NCBI RefSeq assembly: GCF_006345805.1
Contig: NC_043022.1
Coordinates: forward strand, 13,516,001-13,580,000
Length of the DNA: 64,000 bases
Origin: Octopus sinensis
Taxonomy: Eukaryota
Direction of reading: 5' to 3'
In this document: piece after piece, positions 11,857-25,213 of the stretch
Numbering within the stretch: the first letter of the stretch is position 1
Layout: each line of letters begins with the position of its first letter
Translations under genes and position numbers: made by a program
The notes under the pieces: generated by a model
What the model saw: only the letters and a program-made list of their open reading frames with translations
The model's database searches: none
Told to the model about the DNA's origin: nothing

Positions 11857-12083
11857 TATTGCCCACAAGGTGCTAAATACAGAGGGGACAAACAAGGACA
11901 GGCAAAGGGATTAAGTCGATTACATCGACCCCAGTGCGTAACTGGTACTTAATTTATCGACCCTGAAAGGATGAAAAGCAAAGTCGACCTCGGCGTAATT
12001 TGAACTCAGAAGGTAACGACAGACGAAATACCGCTAAGCATTTCGCCCAGCGTGCTAACATTTCTGCCAGCTTGCCGCCTTTT
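11857..12083 (-). mobile_element. SINE family B with 16-bp TSD
   Basis: tgtcctcatatttctt at 11841-11856 and 12084-12099. Confidence 0.9.
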
Positions 12084-12224
12084 TGTCCTCATATTTCTTA
12101 GAAACCCCTGTTGTTTCTCCCCACTCTTGCATGACCTCACCCACACACCCACCTATACATATGTTTATGATTTCGATGCTTATGTGACATGAAACCCCTT
12201 CTATCAGTTCCTGACAATCCAACA

Positions 12225-12740
12225 TCATCATCATCATCGTTTAACGTCCGTTTTCCATGCTAGCATGGGTTGGACAGTTCAACTGGGGTCTGGGAAGCCA
12301 GAAGGCTGCACCAGGCTCAGTCTGATCTGGCTGTGTTTCTACAGCTGGATGCCCTTCCTAACGCCAACCACTCCGAGAGTGTAGTGGGTGCTTTTTACGT
12401 GCCATTCTTTATTGATTCAACTACAGCCATTAGTACCGACATTTCATTCTTCAAGATGTCCTTCATCATCATCATCATCATCATCATCATTTAATGTCTG
12501 TTGTCCATGCTGGCATGGGTGGACAGTCTGACCAGAGCTGGTAAGCTGAGGGACTGCACCAGACTCCAGTCTGATTTGGCATGGTTTCTACGGCTGGATG
12601 CCCTTCCAAAAGCCAGTCACTCTGAGGATGTAATGGGTACTTTTACATGCCACCAGCATGGGTACCATTTGCAGATACCAGTATCTGCCGTGACTACAAT
12701 TTTACTTGGCTTGATGAGTCTTCTTCTCGAGCAGGTCTTC
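12225..12740 (-). mobile_element. Two adjacent RTE 3' UTR copies, the second reaching the RTE ORF stop
   Basis: (CAT)n tails; minus strand ...ctcgagaagaagactcatcaagccaagtaa resembles the RTE ORF end (compare 36858). Confidence 0.7.
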
Positions 12741-14097
12741 TTCCTTCGAGCAGGTCTCCTTCCATCGAGCAGGTCTCCTTCCCTCGAGCAGGTTTTCATC
12801 CCTCGAGCAGGTCTCCTTCCCTCAAGCAGGTCTCCTTCCCTCGAGCAGGTATTCTTCCCTCGAGCTGGTCTTCATCCCTCGAGCAGGTCTTCTTCCCTCG
12901 AGCAGGTCTCCTTCCTTCGAGCAGGTCTCCTTCTCTCGAGCAGGTCTCCTTCCTTCGAGCAGGTCTCCTTCCCTCAAGCAGGTCTCCTTCCCTCAAGCAG
13001 GTCTCCTTCCCTCGAGCAGGTCTCCTTCCCTCGAGCAGGTCTCCTTCCCTCGAGCAGGTCTCCTTCCCTCGAGCAGGTCTCCTTCCTTCGAGCAGGTCTC
13101 CTTCCTTCGAGCAGGTCTCCTTCCCTCGAGCAGGTCTCCTTCCCTCGAGCAGGTCTCTTTCCATCGAGCAGGTCTCCTTCCCTCGAGCAGGTTTTCATCC
13201 CTCGAGCAGGTCTCCTTCCCTCAAGCAGGTCTCCTTCCCTCGAGCAGGTCTCCTTCCTTCGAGCAGGTCTTCTTCCCTTGAGCAGGTCTCCTTCCCTCAA
13301 GCAGGTCTCCTTCCCTCAAGCAGGTCTCCTTCCCTCAAGCAGGTCTCCTTCCTTTGAGCAGGTCTCCTTCCTTCGAGCAGGTCTTCTTCCCTTGAGCAGG
13401 TCTCCTTCCCTCAAGCAGGTCTCCTTCCCTCGAGCAGGTCTCCTTCCTTCGAGCAGGTCTCCTTCCTTCGAGCAGGTCTTCTTCCCTTGAGCAGGTCTTC
13501 TTCCCTCAAGCAGGTCTCCTTCCCTCAAGCAGGTCTCCTTCCCTCAAGCAGGTCTCCTTCCCTCAAGCAGGTCTCCTTCCTTTGAGCAGGTCTCCTTCCT
13601 TCAAGCAGGTCTTCTTCCCTTGAGCAGGTCTCCTTCCCTCAAGCAGGTCTCCTTCCCTCGAGCAGGTCTCCTTCCTTCGAGCAGGTCTCCTTCCTTCGAG
13701 CAGGTCTTCTTCCCTTGAGCAGGTCTCCTTCCCTCAAGCAGGTCTCCTTCCCTCGAGCAGGTCTCCTTCCCTCGAGCAGGTCTCCTTCCCTCGAGCAGGT
13801 CTCCTTCCTTCGAGCAGGTCTTCTTCCCTTGAGCAGGTCTCCTTCCCTTGAGCAGGTCTCCTTCCCTCAAGCAGGTCTCCTTCCCTTGAGCAGGTCTCCT
13901 TCCTTCGAGCAGGTCTCCTTCCTTCGAGCAGGTCTTCTTCCCTTGAGCAGGTCTCCTTCCCTCAAGCAGGTCTCCTTCCCTTGAGCAGGTCTCCTTCCCT
14001 CGAGCAGGTCTCCTTCCTTCGAGCAGGTCTCCTTCCTTCGAGCAGGTCTTCTTCCCTTGCACAGGTCTTCTTCCTTCGAGCAGGTCTTCTTCCCTCC
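12721..14097. repeat. 19-bp minisatellite, roughly 70 copies
   Basis: Unit ctcgagcaggtctccttcc with point variants; produces the 19-aa repeat ORFs. Confidence 0.97.
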
Positions 14098-14099
14098 AG

Positions 14100-14430
14100 T
14101 AGGTCTAGGTCATGAGCTTGGACACCAACTGCCTCCTATGACTTGTGCCATATGTCAAAAAACTTGTAAGACAATATCTGGACTTAAAAACCATATGCTA
14201 GTTCACAAAAATATTCTTTCAGAATCAGATTCTAAAAGACAAAGATATAGAAGAACCTTGAATAATATCTGTCATTTGGCTTTTAAACCCTGTCAGTCAG
14301 CAGCTGGTCTTAAAAGGCATCCGAAGGGTCATCAATGGAGTGATTGTACTGTGTGATGGGGTGTGGCGTGTGTGTTGATGGGACGGCTATCATCTCTCAA
14401 GATGAAGCAATCATCATATATATATATATA
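14100..14430 (+). mobile_element. LINE (RTE-like) 3' end with C2H2 zinc fingers
   Basis: CAICQKTCKTISGLKNHMLVH is C-x2-C-x12-H-x3-H; a second degenerate finger follows. No TGEKP linker; ends in atcatcatatat tail. Confidence 0.55.
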
Positions 14431-14479
14431 TATTTATATAAATAAAGATAAGATCTTTTCTTGAACAAGATGAGGACAA

Positions 14480-15060
14480 ATATCTGTCATCATCATGATC
14501 ATCATCATCGTTTAGCGTCCGTTCTCCATGCTAGCATGGGTTGGACGGTTCAAATGGGGTCTGGGAAGCCCGAAGGCTGCACCAAGCTCCAGTCAGATCT
14601 GGCAGTGTTTCTACAGCTGGATGTCCTTCCTAACGCCAACCACTCCATGAGTGTAGTGGGTGCTTTTTATGTGCCACCGACACAGGTGCCAGACGAGGCT
14701 GGCGAACGGCCACGGTCGGATGGTGTTTTTTACGTGCCACCGGCATGGAGGCCAAGCGAGGCTGGCATGGCCACGATTGGATGGTGTTTGTTACGTGCCA
14801 CCAGCACGGAGGCCAGTTGATGCGGTACTGGCTACGGCCACGTTCGGAAGGTTTTCTTATGTGCCACCGGCACTGGTACCACAAAACTATAAATTCCATT
14901 GATGTTTATCGATATCGATTTGATTCTTTGATTTTTGATTTTTGATTTTTGATTTTTGATTTTGATTTTCACTTGCCTCAACAGGTCTTCACAAGTAGAG
15001 TTATGTGTCCCAAGAAGGAAGGTATGCACAGGTGGACTGACTACGTCCCAGGTAGGGGGT
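14480..15060 (-). mobile_element. RTE 3' UTR with ~4 VNTR units, (AAAATC)n and ORF end
   Basis: Same architecture as 35968-37310. Confidence 0.75.
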
Positions 15061-15079
15061 AAATAATTTAAATAATGTG

Positions 15080-15495
15080 AAATTGTGTGTTGAAACAGAT
15101 ATTTTTATGTTTTGGAATTGTAATTTTTTTCTTCTTTTCCAAATAAACACACACATTATATATTTGTTCTTCACTTGTCTGTTATTGTTCTTATTTTATG
15201 TGTGTTGTCTGGAAATCTTTTGTCACACACCTGTGACCACTTCAGTGACTCTCTATCCCATGTGTCTCCTCCTGTTCTATGGTCACTATAGAAAGACAGA
15301 ATGGACTAAATAGAATGGGGGTGGGAGACACATGGGATGGAGAGTCACTGAAGAGGTCACAGGACGTGTGACGAAAGATTTCCAGGAAATGGACATAGAA
15401 TAAGAACAATAATAAGCAATTGAAGAACGAATATATGTAGTGCATGTGTTTATTTGGCAAGAAAAAAACATGACCATTCTGAAATACAAGTTTAA
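15080..15495. repeat. Diverged foldback repeat (~150-bp arms) with hammerhead-like core
   Basis: About 15130-15270 is inverted against about 15325-15470. The plus strand contains ctgaaga-g-gtcac-aggacgt-gtgac-gaaa. Confidence 0.7.
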
Positions 15496-15508
15496 ACTAA
15501 TTTCTTTT

Positions 15509-16467
15509 ATACCTATTTCTTTACTACCCACAAGGGGCTAAACACAGAGAGGACAAACAAGGACAGACAAAGGGATTAAGTCGATTACATCGACCCCAAT
15601 GCGTAACTGGTACTTAATTTATCGACCCCGAAAGGATGAAAGGCAAAGTGGACCTCGGCAGAATTTGGACTCAGAACGTAGTGGCAGACGAAATACCTAT
15701 TTCTTTACTACCCACAAGGGGCTAAACGTAGAGTGGACAAACAAGGACAGACAGAGGGATTAAGTCGATTACATCGACCCCTGTGCGTAACTGGTACTTA
15801 ATTTATCGACCCCGAAAGGATGAAAGGCAAAGTGGACCTCGGCAGAATTTGGACTCAGAACGTAGCGGCAGACGAAATACCTATTTCTTTACTACCCACA
15901 AGGGGCTAAACATAGAGTGGACAAACAAATGGATTAAGTCGATTATATCGACCCCAGTGCGTAACTGGTATTTAATTTATCAACCCCGAAAGGATGAAAG
16001 GCAAAGTGGACCTCGGCGGAATTTGAACTCAGAACGTAGCGGCAGACGAAATACCTATTTCTTTACTACCCACAAGGAGCTAAACGTAGAGTGGACAAAC
16101 AAGGACAAAGGGATTAAGTCGATTACATCGACCCCAATGCGTAACTGGTACTTAATTTATTGCCCCCGAAAGGATGAAAGGCAAAGTGGACCTCGGTGGA
16201 ATTTGAACTCAGAACGTAGCGGCAGACGAAATACCAATTTCTTTACTACCCACAAGGGGCTAAACATAGAGTGGACAAACAAGGACAGACAAAGGGATTA
16301 AGTGGATTACATTGACCCCAGTGCGTAACTGGTACTTATTTTATCAACCCGGAAAGGATGAAAGGCAAAGTGGACCTTGGTGGAATTTGGACTCAGAATG
16401 TAGCGGCAGACGAAATACCGCTAAGCATTTCACCCAGCGTGCTAACGTTTCTGCCAGCTTGCCGCCT
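15509..16467 (-). mobile_element. Tandem array of five SINE family B units
   Basis: Units start at 15509, 15693, 15877, 16051 and 16231; only the last carries the full tRNA head. Confidence 0.95.
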
Positions 16468-17064
16468 AAATTCTTTTATACCATTAACCATTTATCATTT
16501 CTGTGGTGCCTCCACTTCCCTTGGCACCTAAACATTCGCTTATTTTGTTTAATGGTTAATCCAGTGCCGCTTTTACCCACTCACACTCTTGGTTCTTTGA
16601 CCCCTTACTACTCATATGAAACCTTTGGGATCCACACAGCCACCTCGTCATCCTTATTTTTATCTCTACCCTGCTCCATATTGGGCACGTCTCACAGCCA
16701 TTTCTAAAATGCTAGAAACCACGTAGCCCCTCTATCGCAAGAAACCTTACACTGCTCTGGCCTCTTCTCTAATACCTTAATCTCTCATCTCCTGGCATAA
16801 AAAGCTCCCTGGGTTCATAGTCTTGCAAACTCACCAGCGTTGGGGACACAACACAGATACACACACACAAATGCACCCAGTATAAAGGGGTAGGCGTTAG
16901 GAAGAGCGTCCAGTGAGACACACCCTAACAAAATGTTCAATGAAACACCCAGTTGATCCTATGAAACCGTTCAACCCATGCCAGCATGGAACATGGATAT
17001 TAAATGAAGATGAAATATTATGGGTGTGTTCATGTGCGCGCGCACGTATGTGTATAGTGCGTAT

Positions 17065-17097
<33 letters not shown>

Positions 17098-17100
17098 TAC

Positions 17101-17180
<80 letters not shown>

Positions 17181-17539
17181 GTATATATGTATGTATTAAT
17201 GTTTGTTTTAATGCGAAGTTACGATGTACAAAAATATTCTAACGTTAAACCGAATTATCGCCCAGTACTTTTCTGGTAGAGTACATGCTAATTTTTTCAA
17301 CGAAAAAGTTGATAGTAACTTCGAAGTCTCGTCTTACAAGCAACCAGTGATGACGAGTAAAACGAAACTTCTAAGTCCCTATCAATATTTTACATGTAAA
17401 AATTATATATATATATATAAATATGTACGTATGTTTATATATACACATATGTGTGTGTGTGTATCTTAAGTAGCTTATGTCTTAAAGTACATGGATACCA
17501 AATAAAAATATTTTCACCTTCAGCATTAACTACCAAGAT

Positions 17540-17765
<226 letters not shown>

Positions 17766-18542
17766 AGTATACGTACATGGGTGTATATATGAACGTACGT
17801 ATGCATATATATATATACAAACACATTTCTCTGTGTGTGTGTGTAATGTATGTATAATATAAGTACATACGTATTCTATATACAAATATATATTTATATC
17901 TAACACAATCAGTGCGTGCGCGTACGTATTATATAATAGTATATAAATATTATGCACACGTCTTCTTTTATACAAAGTACCCGAATTTCTTTCATTAAAT
18001 CCATTTATTAAATACTCCATCCCAGAACCAAGGGGAAAAAAACAGTTGCCTACAACAAAGATTTAGTTTCCTCCTGTTGTTAATTTTTTTTATCTCCTCG
18101 CCCATTCATAAACGAAAGCTTTCTTGTATATTGTTTTTAATTAAAAAAAAAAAAAGTATTTCACAAATTAGCAACAATTCTCTTCTATATTTCCCTTTTA
18201 TTTCTTAGCAAATAATTTTGAAAATTATGTAAAATGGTGGAGTTTGGAACAACGTCTTGTAATTTCAGAGATAATTATTTGTATTACTTAGTATTTTTTT
18301 TTACCCCCCGGAAATAATTTTTGAAGCCAATTTCATTATTTACGGTAAATCTAAAAAAAAAAAAAAAAAGGAGAACATATTTAAAATGAAATAATTAGAG
18401 ATTTGGGTGGAAAACAATAAAATAGGCGATATTAATTCTAGATCAAATTTTGTTACATTTATCAATATACATCCACGTACAACGTACTCTGTTCACCAAT
18501 CTATATAAATTTATTAATTAGATACTAAGTACGTGACTACAT

Positions 18543-18635
<93 letters not shown>

Positions 18636-18756
18636 ATGTATATATATATATATATATATATATACATACATATATATACATATATATACATATATATATA
18701 CTCATTTCTATCTATCTATCTCTATGTAGATAGATAGATGGATAGATAGATAGATG

Positions 18757-18843
<87 letters not shown>

Positions 18844-19458
18844 TTATACATGCACACACAAATAATAATAATAATAATAATAATATTAGCTGAAGTGAAG
18901 ACCTAGTATATAGTGCGTGTGTGGTAAAAGCATGCCCATCCCCAAATATAACATTATATATATATATTTGAAGATTCCTGAATCAACGATTCAAAGAGAC
19001 CAGAAGTCTGAAAATCTTTCTATACGAGGTCAATTTTAATTATAACTGTATCTATCTCGGAATTGGTAAAAACAGTGACTCTTTCTCAAATATTAAATAT
19101 ATACAGAAACAACAAATATATATATATATATCATATTATATAGTATTTAGATTAACACATTATATAGCATTTAATTAAATCTATATATTATATTACATCT
19201 ATATCTGTATATTATATTATTTTATATTTATATTATATTATGTTGTGTTATATCATATTAAATTATATTATAAATGTATGATTTAAGAGCTAACAGGTTC
19301 AGTTAACAGTTGAAAGAGGAAACGTGAGTCGAAGTTGAGGCATTTTTTTTAGAGGTTTCCAGTTTATTAAAAGAATTGTCTACATTTTACGTATTATGTA
19401 ATTTATCGATTCTTGGTGAATCAACAGAAATTTATGTACGTGTCTGTCTGTCTATCTG

Positions 19459-19592
<134 letters not shown>

Positions 19593-19597
19593 ATCTA

Positions 19598-19671
<74 letters not shown>

Positions 19672-19680
19672 TAGCAAAAA

Positions 19681-19718
19681 CTGTCTGATGAACGGCAACG
19701 AGAAACTCAGAGTAACAG
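19681..19718 (+). ncRNA. Minimal type-I hammerhead ribozyme-like motif
   Basis: ctgt-CTGATGA-a-cg(gcaa)cg-a-GAAA-ctc(a)gag-TA-acag: stems I, II and III and a GUA cleavage triplet. Confidence 0.55.
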
Positions 19719-20120
19719 ATTTTGTTGAATTTTCTGCTGCTTAAAATAAAGCTATTACTCTACCACTGGTATTTGAGTACTCTTTTTTTCCACCTTGTTT
19801 CACATTTATGTGTTTACTTACTCCGGTATATATATATATATATATATATATATGCAATATCTTTGTAGAACACGATATATATATATATTTAATTTGCTCC
19901 AAGTTCAAATTCTACCAACTTTCGCCTTAGCGCTCCATTCTGTTATAAAAGATGTCTCCTAGATTTTTCTACACCCTTAAAAGAAATTAAATTTACCTTC
20001 CTTCAATATATATATATATATATATATACGCATACATTAACTGTATGCGTATATATATAAATATGCAAATATTTATGCAGAGATATAATTAGAGATTTCT
20101 AAACAAGTTTGTGTGTGTAT

Positions 20121-20190
<70 letters not shown>

Positions 20191-20485
20191 TATACAAAGT
20201 AAGAGAGAGAGAGAGAGAGAGAGAGATGTGAGTGTATATTGACGTTATGTCGCATTTAATCTTAAAACAAAAATTTCTTGAACGTTTTCTGTAAAGCAAT
20301 TTTGTAAAAAAAATAATAAAATGGAAAACGACCGACAGAAGCGGTTTTGATAAACATTTCAAAGATTATTTTTGCTTCCTTCATCATTATTCAAATTTAT
20401 GATACCAAATCTTTGAAAAGGAATCAAACCCATCAAATTACACATCATACACGCGCACACACATTTACACTACATGCATACATAT

Positions 20486-20619
<134 letters not shown>

Positions 20620-22154
20620 CGTGCTCATAAGAGATATATAAAATGATAAAATGGAATTGGTTATGTAGAGATACGCAAATACATTTATTTATTTTTTAGC
20701 CTGAATGTATATAAGAATATATACGGGTGTATGAAAGATAGAATAAAGGATATGTATGTATATATATATATATAATGATACATACACACACATTATATAG
20801 TGGGGAAAAATATACGTATGCATAATAGAGATAATAAGTTTTATGTCTCTATCTTATATTTATGTCTGTTTATCTATATATGTATGTATATGCACGTGTG
20901 TACATGTGTATGTTATACACATGTGTGTATATGCATGTAGATTTCACTCTGTAGAGTTTTAATTAGTGCTAATTTAAATGCCCATGCTAGACGGCTTGCT
21001 TCTCCCCCTTTGGTCAGCGGGCACCTAGCAAAAAATAAAAAAAAAAAAGGAAAAACAAGAAAAACTCTTAATTCAGTCTTAAATAGATTGAATACAAGGA
21101 GAGAGAAGAAGAAGAAGAAGAAGAAGAAAAAGAAAGAAGAAAACATTAAAGAAAGAAAGGAAGAGAGCTAAAAGAGTGTATGTACACAGTTATTGGTGAA
21201 CCAAAGGTGGAAGAAGAGTGGTATTTTAAAAATATTATATTAACTAACAACAATAAGACGTCTACATCTATGTAACAACACACATATATATGTATATATC
21301 TTCTCCTCTTCTCCTTTCTAACTGTCGGCACAGTTGAAAATTCCCTACAACTTTTTTTTATTTTTATCCATTTGCCTCAAAAAAAAACTCGACTCCGTTG
21401 AAACCAGGTAAAAAAAAAAACTACCCGTAACATTTGTGAGTTGTTTAAAGAGTTTATTTTCTGATTTTTGTTTGTATCTTCGCGTATTCCTATGTTCATA
21501 ATTTCTTTTTCCTAGATGTATTGTCATGTTTTTGTGTTTCTCTATTAATAATCTATTAAGGCTTCATAAGAAGTTTTATGAAAATTTCCATGAAAGCTAA
21601 ATATAATGTTTCGTTTAACACTTTTATTCTCTCTTTCTCCAATTTAGCATGTTAGGAGCCTTCATCTTCTGAAAGGAAGATTATGGCATTTATATGCATT
21701 TTACATACATATATATGTGATTTTCCAATTATATTTCAATCTATATTAATTATCTCAAATGTTTTCTTCAGCTTTTCTTTAAATTTATAAGCACACGCAT
21801 TTGTGTAGATGTATGTTTCTACATATAATATATAAATGCATATATATATATGTATATATTAAAAACGCATGTCTGGTTGTATGTATGTGTGCATGCATTC
21901 ATAGGTTTCGTTTTACAAACAGCAGGTATAGAACTCAATGCATAAGATAAGGTGTATATGTTATCAATCAGCGGTGAAAGTGCATCAGTGTCTCACAGAC
22001 CTAGAGTTTCGTTTCGAAGAAAAACATTTGTTAGATTCATCGTATATGTGTCCATATGCACGTATGTAATTATATATATGTGTATGTATGTGTTTATACA
22101 ATATATGTATAGACAAATATACATAAATATATATGCATATGATTATATATGTAC

Positions 22155-22188
<34 letters not shown>

Positions 22189-22329
22189 TGGAAAGCATAT
22201 AAAGTATAGGGTTGTAAGGTCCTTTCTGCCCTTCAACCTTTCTTTGGGGCTGTTGCCATGAGTGGATGCACCCAGTACACACTGTAAAGTGGTTGGCCAT
22301 AAGAATGGCATCCAGCCATATAAACCGGA

Positions 22330-23100
22330 CCAAACGACATTCTACAGACCAGATCTGTGGCTGGACCAAGTCACCGGCTGAATGAAAATTAACATGGTCG
22401 GGGAAGAACACCATGGATAGAACCATAAATGGCAGGCCTGGAAAGAATGGAAGAAAGCAAGGAGGTAGCAACAAGGAATAACATGTTGCTCGAAGAGAAG
22501 CCAGATGACAAGTGTCCATAATGTGGAGAGAAGCTGAAGGAGGTGGCTTGCAGTAGTTTTGAGCTGGGAAGATCAGAAGAGTGAAGTGGCCGGAATTGCA
22601 ATGCAGTGTGTTTAAGGTGAACCGAGATGTTGTTGGGGTAAGGTGTGTTGAGAATGGACAGGGATGCACTTTCCCTAATGGATGATGAGAAGAGAGAGGC
22701 TTGGAGATGTCACTATGAGGGATTGAAGGGAGATCCCATACGCTGATGACCAAGTTCGAATAACAGAGACTGGAAAGTTTAGAAAGAAATTCCAGACATG
22801 GAGATGAAATCTAGAATGAAGTGGCCTTGGAGTAAAGTTTGTGAAGACTAAGGTTTTATTTAATAAGTAGAAAAGAATACAGGACGCTGATACCAACAAG
22901 AAAATGGTCATGCTCAATATGCAGACGAGGAGTTGGTAGGAATTCCATACCCTGTGTAATCTACAGGTGTGCAAGAAGGTGTAGCGAAATCAAAGGAGGC
23001 TGACAGGTTGTTGAATGTGGAAAACATGTTGAAGGAAGAGAAACTTCCAAGAAGTTTCTAACTGAAGGATCAGCTGTTGTGGTAGATTGTTCATCAACAT
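22330..23100 (+). mobile_element. Internally deleted, decayed RTE LINE fragment
   Basis: Residual PYADD and KKWSCSICRRGVGRNSIPC motifs with multiple stops. Confidence 0.7.
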
Positions 23101-23154
23101 CATCATTTAGCGTCCGTTGTCCATGCTGGCATGGGTTGGATGGTTTGATCAGGG

Positions 23155-23380
23155 CTGCAGAACTGGCAGAAACGTTAGCCAGGCGAAGTGCGTAACCGTA
23201 TTTCGTCTGCCGTTACGTTCTGAGTTCAAATTCCGCCGAGGTCGACTTTGCCTTTCATCTTTTCAGGGTCGATTAAATAAGTACCAGTTACGCACTGGGG
23301 TCGATATAATCGACTTAATCCATGTGTCTGTCCTTGTTTGTCCTCTCTGTGTTTAGCCCCTTGTGGGTAGTAAAGAAATA
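23155..23380 (+). mobile_element. SINE family B with 13-bp TSD, nested in an RTE 3' UTR
   Basis: ggtttgatcaggg at 23142-23154 and 23381-23393. Confidence 0.9.
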
Positions 23381-23393
23381 GGTTTGATCAGGG

Positions 23394-24935
23394 TTGGCAG
23401 GCAGGAAAGCTGCATCAGATCCCAGTCTGATTTGGCATGGATTCTACAGCTGGATGTCCTTTCTAATGCCAACCACTCCAAGAGTGTAATGAGCGCATTT
23501 ACATGCTACTGGCACAACACTAATATCTGCCATGACTACGAGTTTACTTGGCTTGATGCGTCTTCTTCTCAAGCAAGACATAATGACCAAGATCTTAGTC
23601 ATTGTCTCTGTGAGGCCCAACATTCAAAAGGAGTTCTTCACATGCCACTGGCATTGGCCACATTGCCTCCACAAGGTCCAACGCTCAAAATGTGCTCTTT
23701 CACATGCCACTGGCATGGCTGCCAGTTATGTGACACCAGCATCATCCACAACTACTCAGGCACAGCATATCACCAAAGGTCTCGGTCACTAAGCATTGCC
23801 TCTGTGAAGCCTAAAGTTCGAAGATCATGCTTCACCACTTTGTCCCATGTCTTCCAAGGTCTACCTCGACCACAGGTTCCCTCTACAGTTAGAGATTGGC
23901 ACTTCATTACACAGCTCTCTTTGTCCATATGCATCATATGACCATACCAGTGTAGTCACCTCTCTTGCATACCTCATCTGATGCCTCTTATACCCAACAT
24001 TTCTCTCAAGATGCTTACACTCTGTCAAACATGCACATCCAGTGAAGCATACTGGCTTCATTTCTTTCAAGCCTTGGCTATCACACCCCATATTTCACTG
24101 CCATGTCGCATAGCTGTTTGCACACAGGTATCATACAATCTGTGTCTTTCACTCCGAGGGAGAGGCCTTTTGTTGCCAGCAGGGGAAGGAGCTCTCTGAA
24201 CTTTGCCCAGCCTATTCTTATTCTCACAGCTACATTCTTAGAGCATCCACCTCCACTACTGACTTGGTCACTTAGATAATGGAAGCTATCCTCTACCTCT
24301 TCTTTGGTCCCCTGGCAGTTGATGGAGTTTATTTTCTGTACACTTTCGGTGTTTATTGTACTTGTGCATCTTCCAAATACAAAAGCTATTTTCCCTGTTA
24401 GCCTTCCTCTGATATTGCTGCACCTCTTATGAGTCCAAAGCTTACTCCGGCTACATATGGAGTTTCTACCTATCCCTTTTCTACAGATTCAGTAGGGCCA
24501 TCTACCTGAAGGGGTTTCTGATTTGTCTGCCTTCCTATTTACTAAGACTTTGGTTTTTGCTCGGTTAACTCTAAAGCCCTTTGATTCTAGACCTTGGTTC
24601 CATACCTGAAACTTCTCTAGTTCTGTTACTGATTCAGCTATAAGAACAGGGTCGTCAGCATAGAGGAGCTCTCAGGAGCAGCCTGTCTTAAATTCCTCTG
24701 TTATTGCCTGGAGGACTATGATAAACAAGTGGGGGCTGAGGATTGATCCTTAGTGAACCCCAACTTGTACTCTGTATTCTTTGCTGTACTCATTACCAGC
24801 CCTCACCTTACTGTACATAGCTTGTACAGCTCTCACCAACCACTCATCTATTCCTAGTTTCCACATTGAGCACCAGATAAGGGATCGGGGGACCTTGTCA
24901 AAGGCTTTCTCCAAGTAAACAAAAGCTAAGCTACA
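23394..24935 (-). mobile_element. Decayed RTE LINE, RT domain to 3' UTR
   Basis: Minus strand gives LAFVYLEKAFDKVPRSLIW, LLYADD and GRGRPWKTWDKVVKHDLRTLG motifs with stops and frameshifts. Confidence 0.88.
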
Positions 24936-24985
24936 AAGGTTTATGTTTAGCTATTTCTTCCGTAGCTGCCATATCAGAAATATAT

Positions 24986-25213
24986 ATTTCTTTACTACCC
25001 ACAAGGGGCTAAACACAGAGGAGACAAACAAGGACAGACAAACGGATCAAGTCGATTACATCGACCCCAGTGCGTAACTGGTACTTAATTTATCGACCCC
25101 GGAAGGATAAAAGGCAAAGTCGACCTCGGCGGAATTTGAACTCGGAACGTAACGGCAGATGAAATACGGCAACGCATTTCGCCCGGCGTGCTAACGTTTC
25201 TGCCAGCTCGCCG
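24986..25213 (-). mobile_element. SINE family B with 11-bp TSD
   Basis: cagaaatatat at 24975-24985 and 25214-25224. Confidence 0.85.

Noticed and set aside
12501-13490. 329-aa ORF with 19-aa repeats
   Set aside because: By-product of a stop-poor 19-bp minisatellite; similar ORFs occur in several frames on both strands, and it starts inside a TE.
12721-14097. CRISPR-like array
   Set aside because: Contiguous repeats with no unique spacers, no cas genes, animal context.
17213-17224. 12-mer gcgaagttacga shared with about 44191
   Set aside because: A 12-bp match is expected by chance in 64 kb.
17345-17372. gtgatga...gaaac resembling a C box or hammerhead core
   Set aside because: No supporting stems or D box arrangement.
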